From the NCBI GenBank assembly GCA_963804165.1, contig CAWDPO010000038.1:1-64000 (forward strand): 64,000 nt of DNA, given 5' to 3'. The position numbers were made by a program, and so were the translations under genes. This document shows positions 1 through 10,027 of this stretch, piece by piece. The DNA is from an uncultured delta proteobacterium (GTDB taxonomy: Bacteria > Desulfobacterota > Binatia > UBA9968). How positions within the stretch are numbered: position 1 is the stretch's first letter; each line of letters opens with the position of its first letter. The notes beneath the pieces were generated by a model. It saw only the letters and a list, made by a program, of their open reading frames with translations. It had not been told where the DNA came from and ran no database searches.

Positions 1-181
1 TTGCGTTTGCTGCTGCGCGTCGAGTCCTCAGCCCCAGCACACCGCGAACGCGACGAAAGCGATTGCCAAAAGCCCACGCCAATTTTCGATTTTGGATCCT
101 TCGGCGCGGCTCAGGACAGGTTTTAGATTTTAGATTGTCGGAGCAAGAATTCAGAACTCGGAGCCAAGACTTTTCATTCAT
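1..181 (-). CDS. 5' end of a probable further array SBP gene (runs off the window; signal-peptide region appears frameshifted)
   Basis: Leader MNEKSWLRVLNSCSDNLKSKTCPEPRRRIQNRKL matches the leaders of 2369..3442 and 5621..6741. An AQQQ motif follows in another frame. Confidence 0.55.
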   Translation of the reverse strand, partial: MNEKSWLRVLNSCSDNLKSKTCPEPRRRIQNRKLAWAFGNRFRRVRGVLGLRTRRAAANA

Positions 182-224
182 GCGTTTTCTCTCCCTCAAT
201 CCAAAATCTAAAATCGAAAATCCA
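82..224. repeat. AATCYAA-heptamer imperfect inverted repeat (array leader) with an embedded 23-nt REP-like insert
   Basis: ttttagattttagatt (121-136) faces aatccaaaatctaaaatcgaaaat (198-221). Insert ccttcggcgcggctcaggacagg at 98-120. Confidence 0.8.
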
Positions 225-238
225 CAATTACTTGTACT

Positions 239-1216
239 TCAGATAACGATGTTATCGAACGATTGCCTCACATCGAACTGCTTGGCTTTTGGATGTTCGA
301 CGGACTTAGTGCGTTGGTCATCGCTTTCTCCACGATGAACTGTGAAGCCAGAACTCGGGAAGGCCTCTTTGTAGAAATCGAAGGTGCCTTGCAGCAACGC
401 GTCATCGTCGGTTCGGGTAAATTTTCGCAGCGCGCGCTTGGTCGTCCGCGGCATTTTCCCTGGCGTATCTGTTGTCCTTCGTGGAGAGCGCGCAAGAAAA
501 ACTCATGGACCTTGGCGATTTTTGGGTTCCTTGAGCCAGGACTCGCGCGCTCCGATGACGGCTTTGGAAAGAGGCCGTATTCAGTCTGCGAAGGGCGGAA
601 CAGCAGATTGAATCCCGCGTTCTTGGCGCTGAGCCCGAAAGGGTACCCGATCATGCAGACATCGACGCGGCCGCCGACGAGGGCGGCATAGGATTCGCCA
701 ACGCCGCCATTCTGGATGAACGTGACTTCGGTCGGCTTCACCCCGCCCGACTCAACATGGACAGCGCCGAGAAGTAGCTGGAAGCGCCGAAGCGGGTTAC
801 ACCGCATTCTCTTGAGTCTCTCACGACGGATCGTACTCGATTCGGGCTTCGACCAACCATCGATTGTGAGGACGGGCAAGGGCGAGGCGATGGTCGATCA
901 GACTGCATTCACCGCTGAAGCCTGCTGGCGATGATCGCGCCGCCGCCGGTGTAGCCGATGGGAAATTCTCCGGCGAATATTGCCGAAATGAATTAGTGTG
1001 GAGCCGCCCATAAATACAGGGAAAAATATCGTAGCCGTGTTTCTGAAAAATTTTCTCTTCAACGCCAATGTACAGCGGGATCGCCGCGCCCCCGATGGGC
1101 GTGTAGCCGACGGTGAATTTTTGTAAATCCTTTTGCGCTGCTTGTGCGTAGACGCTTAGAAATGATGCAATGACGAGGAAGGTTGCAAACCACCAATGTG
1201 GATCTCTCGCTTTCAT
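239..1216 (-). pseudogene. NMT1/THI5-like (NitT/TauT) ABC substrate-binding protein, frameshifted (or sequencing indels); array cargo
   Basis: Signal peptide plus VGYTPIGGAAIPLYIGVEEKIFQKHG, then ESYAALVGGRVD and ALRKFTRTDDDALLQGTFDFY in different frames (ORFs 821..1216, 268..879, 239..454). Confidence 0.7.
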
Positions 1217-1237
1217 GGTAATCCTCCCGTGCCTAAA

Positions 1238-1334
1238 ATTTTGGATTTGCGGACGAAGATTTCGAACGAAATAGCTTCATAGAGTCGGGTCTCCTGGCTT
1301 TCAATCCAAAATCTAAAATCGAGAATCTAAAATA
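1238..1334. repeat. AATCYAA-heptamer leader element
   Basis: aatccaaaatctaaaatcgagaatctaaaat directly after the SBP stop at 1335, with a weak opposite arm attttggattt at about 1239. Confidence 0.7.
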
Positions 1335-2321
1335 TCATCTGATGACTTTGTCTGCTCTGGCCAGCACGTTCGGCGGGATCCGTGAGACCGATTTGCTTGG
1401 CTGTCTTCAGATTGATCATGAATTCAAACTTGGTCGGCTGCTCGACGGGCAGCTCGGCCGGTTTCGTACCCTTAAGTATCCTGTCAACGTAGAGGCGGCT
1501 CGGCGGAAACTTCAATATCATCGGCTGAATAAAATATCAGACCCCGGCCTGTACAAAATCACTGGGTTCGCACATTGATGGCAGTCTATTCTTGATGGCA
1601 AGGTCTGCAATTCGCCGCATGTTTCGAATGAGTACGAAACTCCTAATCGGAATGATCGCACCGGCACGCTCCTTAGCCGCGGTGTGAAATGCGCGTTCGA
1701 AATCAAGGTTCAGGGCGCGCAGCTCCAGGGATTGAAGATTTATCTTCAGCAACCGGGCAGTAGCCTCATACTCTTTAAAAGCAATAGTCGGCCCTGGTCC
1801 GTTCGCATCCCAGAGGACTCCGACGCGCGATACTTTCGGAACCACCTCCTTGAGCAGTTCCATCGTTTTCCGATTAGGTCGCGGGTGAGTCTGGTGAGCC
1901 CCGTGATATTTCCCCCAGGTCGCGCCAGGCTATCGATGAGCCCAGTCGCGACCGGATCCTGAACTGTCACCATGACAACAGGAATCGTCTTGGTCGCTTG
2001 CTTGGCTGCGAGGATCCCTCCTGTAGCTTGGGAGACAAGGATATCTACCTTGAGTTGCACCAGTTCGGTCACAAGGCTTGGGATACGGTCCGGCTTTCCT
2101 TCAGCAGAGCGAAACTCAATCACGATGTTTTTCCCCTCAACATAACCGAGATTCCGCAACCCCTGCCGGAATGCCTCAAGGTTCGGTGAGGGAGAAGAGA
2201 GATCGCCAGTTACTGTTACGTATCCTATCCGCGGAGCTTTCGTTGGCTGTTGCGCCTCGACAGAAAAGCAGAGCGCAAAGAGCATGGCGCAAAGAGTAAG
2301 GGCCGTGATTTTTTTCTTCAT
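1335..2321 (-). pseudogene. ABC_sub_bind-family SBP, array copy, 2 frameshifts
   Basis: ORFs 1746..2321, 1537..1863 and 1327..1521 together give signal-AQQ, DPVATGLIDSLARPGGNITG and [10 protein letters not shown]. Confidence 0.85.
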
Positions 2322-2368
2322 GTCTTTTTTCTGTCTCGATTGACTTGCGACGTGACACTAACCCCGTC

Positions 2369-3442
2369 TCACTTGATCACCTTATCCGCCCGGTACAGCA
2401 CGTTCGGCGGAACTGTCAGGCGGATCTGCTTGGCCGCCTTAAGGTTGATCACGAGCTCGAACTTTATCGGTGCTTCCACCGGCAGGTCAGCCGGCTTCGT
2501 GCCCCTTAGGATCTTGTCAACGTACGTCGCGGCCCGCCTGTGCATGCCCGAGTAGCTTGGCCCATAGGACATCAAGCCACCCGCCTCGACCAACTCCACA
2601 TAAGCATGCACGCCTGGTAAGTGGTTTTGGGTGGCGAAGTCCATGATGCGCACGCGGTGGTGCAGGAACAGTCGGTCTGCTAACACGAGGAGCGCACCTG
2701 GTCGTTCTCTGAGAATTGTCGCAAATGCATTGTCGAACTGCTCCTCGGCTTGCACCCCCAGCGACAGCACTTTTATTTTCATTGCATGAGCAGCCGCCTG
2801 TGTCTCCTTTTCCCCCGCCACCTGCAAGGGGCTGGTGGGATTCCAGAGCACCGCAACGTGCGAGATTTTAGGGACCACTTCCCTGAGCAACTCCAACCGC
2901 TTCCCGTCTAGCTCCGGTGAGATCGAGGTCAACCCGGTGAGGTTTCCACCAGGGTGGGCGAGACTCGCGATGAGGCCCGACCCCACGGGGTCCCCGACGG
3001 CGATCATGACAAGGGGCAGCGTCGTTGTCGCCTGCTTGAGAGCGATCGTGGCGGGTGTGCCGGCGGTAACGATCAGTTCGACCTTCGAGGCGATCAGCTC
3101 CGCGATGAGGGCAGGAAAGCGCTCGTACTTTCCTTCCGCCCATCGCCACTCAATGACGATGTTTTTACCCTCGACATAGCCAACGTCATGCAACCCTTCG
3201 CGAAAGGGCCCGATCAGATTTGCCTCCAGGGCAGCGGTAGAGTTTCCCAGGAAACCGATCCGGGGGACCTTCCCTTTCTGCTGCGCCTCAGCCGTTCCCA
3301 CACACCCCACGAGCAGGACGAGGATTAGAAGAAACCCCACCCATTTTAGATTTTGGATACTTCGACTCAGCTCAGTACAGGTTTTAGATTTCCGATTATC
3401 AGAGCGAGAATTTGGAGATCGCATCCAGGTTTTCTCATACAT
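2369..3442 (-). CDS. ABC_sub_bind-family SBP, array copy
   Basis: Signal peptide-AEAQQ, DPVGSGLIASLAHPGGNLTG, GGLMSYG, PPNVLYRADKVIK. Confidence 0.92.
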   Translation of the reverse strand: MYEKTWMRSPNSRSDNRKSKTCTELSRSIQNLKWVGFLLILVLLVGCVGTAEAQQKGKVPRIGFLGNSTAALEANLIGPFREGLHDVGYVEGKNIVIEWRWAEGKYERFPALIAELIASKVELIVTAGTPATIALKQATTTLPLVMIAVGDPVGSGLIASLAHPGGNLTGLTSISPELDGKRLELLREVVPKISHVAVLWNPTSPLQVAGEKETQAAAHAMKIKVLSLGVQAEEQFDNAFATILRERPGALLVLADRLFLHHRVRIMDFATQNHLPGVHAYVELVEAGGLMSYGPSYSGMHRRAATYVDKILRGTKPADLPVEAPIKFELVINLKAAKQIRLTVPPNVLYRADKVIK

Positions 3443-3488
3443 TTGTTTTTCTCCTCAATCTAAAATCGGCAATCGAAAATCTAAAATA
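3342..3488. repeat. AATCYAA-heptamer inverted repeat leader with REP-like insert (3360-3381)
   Basis: attttagattttggat[acttcgactcagctcagtacagg]ttttagatttccgatt faces aatctaaaatcggcaatcgaaaatctaaaat. Confidence 0.8.
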
Positions 3489-4472
3489 TCATCTGATGAC
3501 TTTGTCCGCTCTGGCCAGCACATTCGGCGGAATCGTCAGTCCGATCTGCTTGGCGGTTTTGAGATTGATGATCAGGTCGAATTTTACGGGCCGCTCGACA
3601 GGCAGATCGGCCGGCTTGGTACCCTTGAGGATTTTATCGACAAAGGTCGCGGCGCGCCTATACATATCCGCATCATTTGGTCCGTAAACCATCAGGCCGC
3701 CGGCTTCGGCAAATGGAATTTGCCCATGGATTGTTGCGAAGCGGTTCTTGATGGCGAGGTCTGCCACTCGCGTTCGGTGCGTGAAAGTGACCGGATCACC
3801 GATAGTCATGAGGGCTCCGACGCTGTTCTTTTTTGCTGCCTGAAATATATTGTCTAGATCGTTGGGTCCACGTATTTCCAAAACTTGAATTTTTAACGCT
3901 AGCGACTGCGCCGCAAGTTCGGCATCTTTCAATGCGTCCGCGGTGCCCAACATGCCGGGGTTGCGAAGAACCGCGACGCGGGAGAGCCTGGGAATCGCTT
4001 CTTTGAGCAGCTCCAGACGTTTGCCATTTAACTCTTCGGCGTTGGAAGTGAGGCCCGTAATGTTGCCCCCTGGCCGGGCCAAACTTGCGACCAACCCGGT
4101 TCGAACTGGGTCGGCTTCATACGCGAGAACAATGGGAATTGTTCCAGCAGCTTCTTTTGCTGGACGCGTCGCAAGGGGACCTCCCGTAACGATGACATCG
4201 ACTCTGAGCCGAGCCAGTTCTTTGGCGAATTCACGAAGTCGGTCGAGGTTGTCTTCAGCATAGCGATACTCTACGAGGATGTTTTGGCCTTCAGTGTAGC
4301 CTTGCTCGCGCAAACCTTGCCGAAACGCTTCGACTCGACCTAACATGGAAGCGGCCGAACCCACTGACAGAAAACCTATTCGTGGAACTTTTTTTCGCTG
4401 CTGCGCCTCAACTGCAAAGCAAAGCGCCAAGAGCACAGCGTTGAGAGTCAACCCAAAAATCTTTTTCTTCAT
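3489..4472 (-). CDS. ABC_sub_bind-family SBP, array copy
   Basis: Family motifs SLARPGGNITG and PADLPVERP...[13 protein letters not shown]. Confidence 0.92.
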   Translation of the reverse strand: MKKKIFGLTLNAVLLALCFAVEAQQRKKVPRIGFLSVGSAASMLGRVEAFRQGLREQGYTEGQNILVEYRYAEDNLDRLREFAKELARLRVDVIVTGGPLATRPAKEAAGTIPIVLAYEADPVRTGLVASLARPGGNITGLTSNAEELNGKRLELLKEAIPRLSRVAVLRNPGMLGTADALKDAELAAQSLALKIQVLEIRGPNDLDNIFQAAKKNSVGALMTIGDPVTFTHRTRVADLAIKNRFATIHGQIPFAEAGGLMVYGPNDADMYRRAATFVDKILKGTKPADLPVERPVKFDLIINLKTAKQIGLTIPPNVLARADKVIR

Positions 4473-4509
4473 CCTTTTTCTCTCACGCCTTCCGCCTCAC
4501 TCATCACGC

Positions 4510-5544
4510 CTATCGAATCACCTTATCCGCTCTCGCCAGCACATTCGGCGGGATCGTAAGGCCGATCTGTTTGGCCGTCTTTAGGTTGATGACGAACTCA
4601 AACTTTGTCGGTTGCTCTACCGGCAAGTCCGCGGGCTTCGTCCCTTTGAGAATCTTGTCAACGTAAGTAGCGGCGCGCCGGTTCAAGTCGGTAAAGCTCA
4701 CGCCGTAGCTCATAAGCCCCGCGTCTTCCACCCATTCCGGCGCGTAGTATATCGCCGGGAGTCGACTCTTTATCGCGAGGCCCGCAATCTGCTTTCGCTG
4801 AGAATTGAGGACGAAGCTCTGGAGCAGGAGGACGGCGTCAGCACGCTCCTTGCTTGCGGCTCGGAATGCCGTTTCAATTTCCTTGGGGCCGAGTATGTCC
4901 AAAAATTGCAGCTTCGCACCGAACAGTCCTGCGGCGCGTTCCATCTCTCTTAACGCTTGCGCGGTGCCTGGCACGGTCGAAGTCCCGAGGACGGCCAAGC
5001 GCGAAAGCCTGGGAACGGTCTCCTTCAGAAGTTCCAGTCGTTTTCCGCTGATGTCCACAGAAAGGCTTGACAAGCCGGTAATGTTCCCGCCCGGTCGCGC
5101 CAGACTGGCGACGAACCCGCTTCCGACAGGATCAATATCCTGCGCCATGACAATCGGAATCGTATTCGTCGATTCCTTGGCCACACGGGTTGGTGACGCA
5201 CCAGTCGTCACGACGATATCTACCTTGAGACGCACCAGTTCGGCCGCGAGCGCAGGGAGACGATCGACTTTACCCTCAGCCGATTTCCATTCAATGACGA
5301 TGTTCTTGCCGTCGATGTAGCCAAGCTCGCGCAGGCCTTGACGGAACGCTTCGGTGCGATCTGTGATAGCGGAAATGGAGGAGCCAGTTAGGTATCCTAT
5401 CCGGGGAGTTTTTGCCGACTGCGCCTGAGCCACGTCCCCAGCCACCACGAGCACGAAAGCGATTGCAAAAAGTCCCAGCCATTTTGGATTTTGGATTGCC
5501 GGTTTTCGATCGTCGGAAAGAGACCTCGAAGGAAAAGCGTTCAT
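4510..5544 (-). CDS. ABC_sub_bind-family SBP, array copy
   Basis: Family motifs DPVGSGFVASLARPGGNITG and [18 protein letters not shown]. Confidence 0.92.
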   Translation of the reverse strand: MNAFPSRSLSDDRKPAIQNPKWLGLFAIAFVLVVAGDVAQAQSAKTPRIGYLTGSSISAITDRTEAFRQGLRELGYIDGKNIVIEWKSAEGKVDRLPALAAELVRLKVDIVVTTGASPTRVAKESTNTIPIVMAQDIDPVGSGFVASLARPGGNITGLSSLSVDISGKRLELLKETVPRLSRLAVLGTSTVPGTAQALREMERAAGLFGAKLQFLDILGPKEIETAFRAASKERADAVLLLQSFVLNSQRKQIAGLAIKSRLPAIYYAPEWVEDAGLMSYGVSFTDLNRRAATYVDKILKGTKPADLPVEQPTKFEFVINLKTAKQIGLTIPPNVLARADKVIR

Positions 5545-5620
5545 CGGTTTGTTCTGCTGGCTTTCAATCCAAAATCTAAAGCATGTCCTGAGCCATGCCG
5601 AAGGATCGAAAATCCAAATG
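5481..5620. repeat. AATCYAA-heptamer inverted repeat leader with reverse-oriented REP-like insert (5584-5604)
   Basis: attttggattttggatt faces aatccaaaatctaaa[gcatgtcctgagccatgccgaagg]atcgaaaatccaaat. Confidence 0.8.
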
Positions 5621-6741
5621 TTATTTGATCACCTTGTTCGCCCGGAAGAGGACCGATTGTGGAATGGTTAAGTTGAGCGCTTTTGCTGGTTTGAGATTGA
5701 TGACGAACTCGAACTTCGTCGGCTGCTCCACGGGAGATCGGCGGGCTTAGCGCCTTTCAGTATTTTATCCACGTACGTTGCGGCGCGGCGAAATATCTCA
5801 AGATCGTTGGCTGAATAGGACATCAGTCCGCCGTTCTCAACCCAGGTGCTGCCCTCGTACATCGAAGGCAGGCGGTTCTTTATCGCCAGATCCGCGATCC
5901 TCTTCGAATTACGAAAAAGCGGGGTATTCGTAATCGTGATCACCGCGTTCGCGCGCCCGTTGACCGCTTCTCTAAACGCGCCCTGCAAATCCGGATTCGG
6001 ACCGCGCACGTCTAGGGATTGAATCCGTATCTTGAGAGAGCGCGCCGCAGTTTCATACTCTTTGAATCCAATGGCCGATATCGACCTATTCGTATCCCGA
6101 AGGATTCCGACGCGCGCCAACCCCGGAACCACTTCCGCAAGCAACTCCAGCCGCTTGCCGCTCAAGTCGCGCTGCAGTGTGGCAAGCCCCGTGATATTTC
6201 CACCTGGATGCGCCAGGCTAGCGACTAGTCCAGTCGCGACTGGATCTACCTGAGTCACCATGACAATGGGGATCGTCTTGGTGACCTGTTTGGCAGCGAG
6301 GATCGCGGATACAAGCGGGAGCACGAGAACATCGACCTTGAGTTGGACGAGTTCGGCGACGATGCCTGGGATCGACTCCTCTTTTCCCTCAGCGCCGCGA
6401 AACTCGATCACGAAATGTTTCTCCTCGACGTAACCGAGATCTCGCAGCCCTTGCCGCAACGCCGCGACGTACGGTCCAGGATTGGAAGCGTTGCCGGTTC
6501 CTGACAAGTAACCTATCCGCGCGATCCTCGCCGGCTGTTGCGCCTGAGCCACAGCCCCGCACAGCGCGAATGTGAAACCGAGAGCAACGATCCCCACCAA
6601 TTTTCGATTTTGGATCCTTCGACGTCGCTCAGTACAGGTTTTGGATTTCCGATTATCGGAGTGAGAGAAATCAAGCCGAATTCCAAATTTCCCTTGCATT
6701 TGTTTTTCTCCGTAATCCAAAATCGGCAATCTAAAATCCAA
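5621..6741 (-). pseudogene. ABC_sub_bind-family SBP, array copy, one frameshift near the C-terminus
   Basis: ORF 5668..6741 is normal up to PADLP. The tail PQSVLFRANKVIK* continues in another frame to the stop at 5621-5623. Confidence 0.85.
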
Positions 6742-6743
6742 AA
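6600..6743. repeat. AATCYAA-heptamer inverted repeat leader with REP-like insert (6616-6638)
   Basis: ttttcgattttggat[ccttcgacgtcgctcagtacagg]ttttggatttccgatt faces aatccaaaatcggcaatctaaaatccaaaat. Confidence 0.8.
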
Positions 6744-6960
6744 TTATTTAATGACCCTGTCCGCTCTCGCCAGCACGTTGGGCGGAATCGTCAGTCCGAT
6801 TTGCTTTGCGGCTTTGAGATTAATTATAAATTCGAACCTCGTCGGCTGCTCGACGGGCAGGTCGGCGGGAGATCGGCGGGCTTGGCGCCTTTGAGAATCT
6901 TGTCCACATAGTACGCGACGCGCTGGTATTGATCGTCGTCCGCCGTGTAGGACATAAGCG
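6744..6960 (-). pseudogene. Orphan 3' tail of an SBP gene (no 5' part) after the TA-like cargo
   Basis: Translates as [29 protein letters not shown]...[38 protein letters not shown], with a short internal duplication near 6870. Confidence 0.85.
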
Positions 6961-6974
6961 AGGCAAGTTTTCAG

Positions 6975-7436
6975 CTAGGATTTAGTTTGATCTCGGTCTT
7001 TGCGCTTCAACGCTTCGACGTCCGCCAAGTCTTGCGTCCGCGCAGCGGCGAGTTTGTTCTTAATCAAGTGTTCTCTGGAGAGCACCGTGACCGGTTGATC
7101 GGCGAATTTCGAAATCACCCGCTCTACCCAGGCTTCGTCGAACTGGACACCGTCGATCGCGGTCAAGACATCGATGCGTATAGGTTCCACCCCGATCTGG
7201 AAAATGAGGCCGGGTGTCGAAAGGTCTTTTTCCGTTAGGTCATGCAACGGTGCGCCGAAGGTGCGTAGTGCTTCGATGACTCGCTTCGCGTTTTCTGCCG
7301 AAGGACGCACCCAAATGTCGAGGTCCTGGGTGGCGCGGACATGGCCGTGCGCGGCCAAGGCGTGAGCGCCGACCAAGAGAAATTCAACTTGTCGGGCGTT
7401 GAATTCTGCTAATAGATCTCTGAAGTCTTGGTTCAT
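6975..7436 (-). CDS. Nucleotidyltransferase-fold protein (DUF6036-like), putative TA component
   Basis: FLLVGAHALAAHGHVRATQDLD (G..A...HG..R.T.DLD motif) and C-terminal NKLAAARTQDLADVEAL. Confidence 0.8.
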   Translation of the reverse strand: MNQDFRDLLAEFNARQVEFLLVGAHALAAHGHVRATQDLDIWVRPSAENAKRVIEALRTFGAPLHDLTEKDLSTPGLIFQIGVEPIRIDVLTAIDGVQFDEAWVERVISKFADQPVTVLSREHLIKNKLAAARTQDLADVEALKRKDRDQTKS

Positions 7437-7599
7437 GGGCTTGGTTCGGTTGCCAAGCTAGGCAGAGCAGGGTCAATTCCCAAACAGCGTTCAGCCGCTC
7501 TTCGGGCGTAGCGGTGTCCCAATATTGCTGGTCGGGAACGGGGTCCCCGGGTCGGATAATGCGGCTAGTGATATGCTTGCGTTCGGCCGGATGGTCCAT
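7384..7599 (-). CDS. Small partner protein of the nucleotidyltransferase (antitoxin-like)
   Basis: 71 aa with YWDTATPEERLNAVWEL...EPRLQR, overlapping the downstream gene in a typical two-gene module arrangement. Confidence 0.65.
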   Translation of the reverse strand: MDHPAERKHITSRIIRPGDPVPDQQYWDTATPEERLNAVWELTLLCLAWQPNQAHEPRLQRSISRIQRPTS

Positions 7600-7618
7600 A
7601 CAGTGACTTTATAACACA
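7600..7618 (-). promoter_or_regulatory. Extended -10 (TGnTATAAA), probably leaderless promoter
   Basis: Minus strand GTGTTATAAA-GTCACTGT-ATG. The -10 box is 8 nt from the ATG and there is no RBS. Confidence 0.45.
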
Positions 7619-7661
7619 TTCCAAAGAACACTTCTGCTTGTCGTTTTCGCTCCCGCTTCTG

Positions 7662-8792
7662 TCATCGGATGACCCGATCCGCTCGCATCAGCACATTCGG
7701 CGGAATCGTCAGGCCGATCTGCTTGGCGGTTTTGAGATTGATGACGAACTCGAACTTCGTGGGACGCTCGACAGGCAGCTCGCCGGCGTTTGCTCCTTTG
7801 AGGATCTTGTCTACCAGGCGCGCGGCCTCGTGGGCGATCTGTGCGTCGCTCGCGCCGTAGCTGGCGAGCGCGTCCACGGTGCTGCCCATTCGCGCATGAA
7901 ATATTGCCGGGACGCGCTTTGCGTTGGTCAATCGGGTGATTTCGTCGTAGAAGCCGGTGGCAAAACCACCCGGAATGGAAAGATACGCGTCGACCTCCGC
8001 CATCACCTCTAGTCCTCGCAGCAACTCTTCTCGTCCGCGCGCCTCACGCTCGACAAGCGTTATCCCGAGACTCGGCGCCGCCTGGCGCGCTGCCATGATT
8101 CCTTGTCGGGGTGAAGGATCTCTCGGATCGTAGATGGCGAGGACGCGGCGCACCTTGGGCGCGATCTCTTTGATGAGCTCAAGGCGTTTGCCCGAAAGCT
8201 CAGGATATTCGAATGTCATGGCGGTTGTGTTGCCGCCCGGACGGGCGAGGCTTTGGACTAAACCGGCGGCAACCGGATCGCCCGGCGTGAGGAAAACAAC
8301 CGGCACCTCAGCCGATGCCTCTCGGACCGGCTTGAGGAGTCTAGAGCCGATCAAGAACAGGACCTGTGCTTGCTGCCGCAGCAACCCTTCCACGATGGAC
8401 TTCGCGCTTTTTTCTTCCGATCTCGCGATCTTTACTTCCTGAACGACAAGCGACGGTGTGGCGTAACCGAGCTCGCCAAGACCGTTTTTGAGACCCGCCC
8501 CGATCTCTGAGAATCTCGGCTCCTCGGGAGCGCCGATGATTGCGATCCGGCGCTCCTTCGCTTGCTGCGCATGCACGAGATCGCAAAGGGCAAAGAGCAT
8601 GGCGCATAACATGATCGCGGATTTCACATTGCGGAGTGCGGATTTCAGTTGAATGCTGAAGTAAGATGGAAATTGATCGGAAGATATTTTGCTCATGACT
8701 CTTGCTCTATTTGCAAAATCCGGAAGCAACCCACGTTTTCCCTCGGTCCGGTTCTTACAATCCGAAATCCGCATTCCCCAATCCGAATTCAT
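7662..8792 (-). CDS. ABC_sub_bind-family SBP, divergent array copy
   Basis: DPVAAGLVQSLARPGGNTT and PVERPTKFEF...PPNVLMRADRVIR. The start overlaps the upstream stop (ATGA); the true start may be further in. Confidence 0.9.
   Translation of the reverse strand: MNSDWGMRISDCKNRTEGKRGLLPDFANRARVMSKISSDQFPSYFSIQLKSALRNVKSAIMLCAMLFALCDLVHAQQAKERRIAIIGAPEEPRFSEIGAGLKNGLGELGYATPSLVVQEVKIARSEEKSAKSIVEGLLRQQAQVLFLIGSRLLKPVREASAEVPVVFLTPGDPVAAGLVQSLARPGGNTTAMTFEYPELSGKRLELIKEIAPKVRRVLAIYDPRDPSPRQGIMAARQAAPSLGITLVEREARGREELLRGLEVMAEVDAYLSIPGGFATGFYDEITRLTNAKRVPAIFHARMGSTVDALASYGASDAQIAHEAARLVDKILKGANAGELPVERPTKFEFVINLKTAKQIGLTIPPNVLMRADRVIR
8629..8790. repeat. AATCCGM-heptamer inverted repeat leader
   Basis: ttgcggagtgcggattt faces aatccgaaatccgcattccccaatccgaat. 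Confidence 0.7.
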
Positions 8793-9838
8793 TTGATGAC
8801 GCGGTCCGCCCGGAACAGCACCGACTGTGGTATCGTCACGCCGATCTGCTTGGCGCTCTTGAGATTGATCACGAACTCGAACTTCTTCGGCTGCTCCACC
8901 GGTAAATCAGCTGGCTTGGTACCTTTTAGAATTTTATCAACGTAAACAGCGGCGCGGCGGTGCAAGTCGACGTAGTCTGTCCCATAGGACATAAGCCCAC
9001 CTGCTTCCGTCCACTCGCTGTCTCCATACATCGCCGGCAGCCGGCTCTTTGCCGTGAGATCTACAAAACGCTTTCTGTGGAGGATTAGAGCAGGGCCTGG
9101 CGGGATAATCAGAGCACTAGCACGTTCACCCTTTGCGGTTCTGAATACGCCGTCTAAATCCGGATTGGGACCTCGTATCTCAAGAGACACAACTTTGACG
9201 CCTAAACCATCTGCCGCCAGCTTTGTTTCTTGCAAAACCTCAGACATCTGTTGTTGAGCTGCAAGCGCCCCATCGATAAACACTGCCACTCGCGAAATCT
9301 TGGGAACCGACTCCTTCAAGAGTTCTAGTCTTTTGCCGCTTAGCTGTGGTGAAATTTGCGTCAATCCAGTGATGTTTCCACCTGGCTTCGCCAGACTGGC
9401 AGCAAACCTTGGAACAGCATCACCAACAAGCGTCATGACCAGGGGGATTGTCCTGGTGGCTTGCTGCGCAGCTTGAGTACCTGGGCTTCCCCCTGTCACA
9501 ATGACATCGACCTTGAGCCGGACCAGCTCGGCCGCAAGGTCGGGGAACCGATCAAGCTTTCCTTCCGCAAATCGAGACTCAATGACAATGGTTTTTCCGT
9601 CCACGTATCCCAAGTCGCGCAGACCTTGTCGGAATCCGTCGAAACGAGATGATTCAGCAGAAGGGGAGACGGCTGATAAATAACCTATCCGGGGAACTTT
9701 TCCTTGCTGCTGTGCCTCGGCGAGAGAAATAGTTGCCAGAAAGAAAGCTGTCAGTAGCCAGATAAAGATTTTTCCGCTCATCGGTTTCGCTCCCATCATT
9801 TTGCTGACGACTGATAACTGACCACTGACAACTGTCAT
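8789..9838 (-). CDS. ABC_sub_bind-family SBP, array copy
   Basis: Family motifs and tail PQSVLFRADRVIK. N-terminus MTVVSGQLSVVS is read from ACTGA-heptamer repeats. Confidence 0.92.
   Translation of the reverse strand: MTVVSGQLSVVSKMMGAKPMSGKIFIWLLTAFFLATISLAEAQQQGKVPRIGYLSAVSPSAESSRFDGFRQGLRDLGYVDGKTIVIESRFAEGKLDRFPDLAAELVRLKVDVIVTGGSPGTQAAQQATRTIPLVMTLVGDAVPRFAASLAKPGGNITGLTQISPQLSGKRLELLKESVPKISRVAVFIDGALAAQQQMSEVLQETKLAADGLGVKVVSLEIRGPNPDLDGVFRTAKGERASALIIPPGPALILHRKRFVDLTAKSRLPAMYGDSEWTEAGGLMSYGTDYVDLHRRAAVYVDKILKGTKPADLPVEQPKKFEFVINLKSAKQIGVTIPQSVLFRADRVIK
9804..9838. repeat. ACTGAYA-type heptamer repeat leader (also at 25019-25051 and 28145-28179)
   Basis: ctgacgactgataactgaccactgacaactgtcat. 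Confidence 0.75.
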
Positions 9839-9995
9839 CTGATCACTCTGGGTCCGCCCTTGCCAGCACGTTCGGCGGAATCGTGAGGCTGATCTGTTTG
9901 GCGGTTTTTAGATTGACGATGAATTCGAATTTCATGGGTTGCTCGACGGGCAGATCGGCGGGCTTGTCACCTTTTGGAATTTTGTGCATATAGTC
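9835..9995 (-). pseudogene. Orphan SBP 3' tail after TenA cargo
   Basis: Translates as [47 protein letters not shown](frameshift)RVIR*. Confidence 0.85.
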
Positions 9996-10027
9996 GTAAA
10001 CGGCTCGTACCGTTCCGGCCGCTCGCG

